DNA of 16,521 nucleotides from a virus (Duplodnaviria; Heunggongvirae; Uroviricota; Caudoviricetes): IMG/VR virus record IMGVR_UViG_2740892014_000012; one strand, 5' to 3'. Shown piece by piece: positions 15,671 to 16,521 of this stretch (position 1 is its first letter; each line of letters starts with the position of its first letter). The notes under the pieces were generated by a model. It saw only the letters and a program-made list of their open reading frames with translations, ran no database searches and was not told where the DNA came from. The position numbers and the translations under genes were made by a program.

Positions 15671-15953
15671 CTTGAGAAAAGCAGCGCGTGGTCGGGAATG
15701 CCAGGTAAGAATCCCTGGCGTATGTAATGGCAATCCTGAAACGTCAGTACTGGCACATATCCGGCTGGCTGGATTGTGCGGTACCGGTATCAAACCGCCA
15801 GACCTGATTGCCACCATTGCATGTTCTGCCTGCCACGACGAAATCGACCGTCGCACGCATTTTGTTGACGCTGGATATGCAAAAGAATGTGCGCTGGAAG
15901 GTATGGCGAGAACACAGGTTATCTGGCTGAAAGAGGGGGTAATTAAGGCGTGA
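15663..15953 (+). CDS. ybcO: YbcO-like DUF1364 protein (putative Cys-rich nuclease), 96 aa
   Basis: ATG at 15663 with AAGGAGG SD 4-5 nt upstream gives [23 protein letters not shown]...CSACHDE...; same size and position as DLP12 ybcO. The ORF-track N-terminal extension from 15624 overlaps ninE and is unlikely to be translated. Confidence 0.7.
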
Positions 15954-16312
15954 ATACTTACTGCATCACACTACCCTGGCCGCCGAGCAATAATCGCTAT
16001 TACCGCCATAATCGCGGACGCACGCATATCAGCGCAGAGGGGCAGGCATACCGCGATAATGTCGCCCGAATCATTAAAAACGCAATGCTGGATATCGGCC
16101 TGGCTATTCCTGTGAAAATCAGCATTGAGTGCCACATGCCGGATCGCCGTCGCCGTGACCTTGATAATCTGCAAAAGGCCGCTTTTGACGCACTCACCAA
16201 AGCAGGTTTCTGGCTGGATGATGCTCAGGTCGTTGATTACCGCGTTGTGAAGATGCCCGTTACCAAAGGTGGGAAGCTGGAGCTGACTATCACTGAACTG
16301 GGAGATGAATGA
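15950..16312 (+). CDS. rusA: RusA Holliday-junction resolvase (120 aa)
   Basis: [26 protein letters not shown]...[39 protein letters not shown] closely matches E. coli RusA as recalled. GTG start overlapping the ybcO stop (GTGA). Confidence 0.92.
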   Translation: MNTYCITLPWPPSNNRYYRHNRGRTHISAEGQAYRDNVARIIKNAMLDIGLAIPVKISIECHMPDRRRRDLDNLQKAAFDALTKAGFWLDDAQVVDYRVVKMPVTKGGKLELTITELGDE

Positions 16313-16521
16313 TGTTTGAGTCTTATATGGCAGAACGTCTTCGCCGCCGCTGGGTGCGCCTGCGCTTATATCGTTTTCCTAGTTCTGTTTTGACCGATTA
16401 CCGGATACTGAAGAATTACGCCAAAACACTGAAAGGAGCTGCCGCATTGAAGTGGTTTACTGAATTTGGCCACCTGAACAGAGGTGATATGCTCACCTCA
16501 GAACAACACAGGTGCCATAAT
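16309..16521 (+). CDS. Hypothetical protein, 3'-truncated by the window end (YlcG-like N-terminus?)
   Basis: ATG overlaps the rusA stop (ATGA). Open for 71 codons to the window edge ([50 protein letters not shown]...). The DLP12 gene in this position is ylcG; the identity here is uncertain. Confidence 0.45.
   Translation, partial: MMFESYMAERLRRRWVRLRLYRFPSSVLTDYRILKNYAKTLKGAAALKWFTEFGHLNRGDMLTSEQHRCHN

Noticed and set aside
15051-16200. ORFs 15051..15287, 15061..15270, 15299..15856, 15971..16174, 16000..16200 and the 15624 N-terminal extension
   Set aside because: They overlap ninB, ninE, ybcO and rusA in other frames or antisense; the nin genes are compactly arranged with coupled start/stop overlaps.

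Overview
This window is the early/left arm of a lambdoid (lambda-like) prophage of an enterobacterial host, running from the integrase (stop codon at the window's left edge) to the start of the nin region. Order: int-xis (minus strand); a cluster of small accessory genes (including an ASCH-domain protein and a TraR/DksA-like zinc-finger protein); the lambda Red module exo-bet-gam, near-identical to lambda as recalled from memory; one 96-aa ORF; a pL/OL promoter-operator; a cI-type repressor with LexA-like autocleavage domain; divergent OR/pR/pRM; a Cro-like gene; a YdaT-family protein in the cII position; replication genes O (with five internal ori iterons) and P (lambda-like); then an apparently AT-richer cargo block of about 6 kb holding a 1421-aa intimin/invasin-family inverse-autotransporter adhesin with three near-identical 357-bp tandem repeats and a convergent secreted esterase; then ninB, ninE, ybcO-like, rusA and a 3'-truncated ORF. 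No N antiterminator or nutL is visible between pL and the first pL-operon gene, although an orphan boxA-like element lies just downstream of cro. The adhesin-esterase cargo and the N-less early-left architecture are the most notable observations. All calls rest on reading the sequence and ORF track and on recalled protein families; no database search was run.
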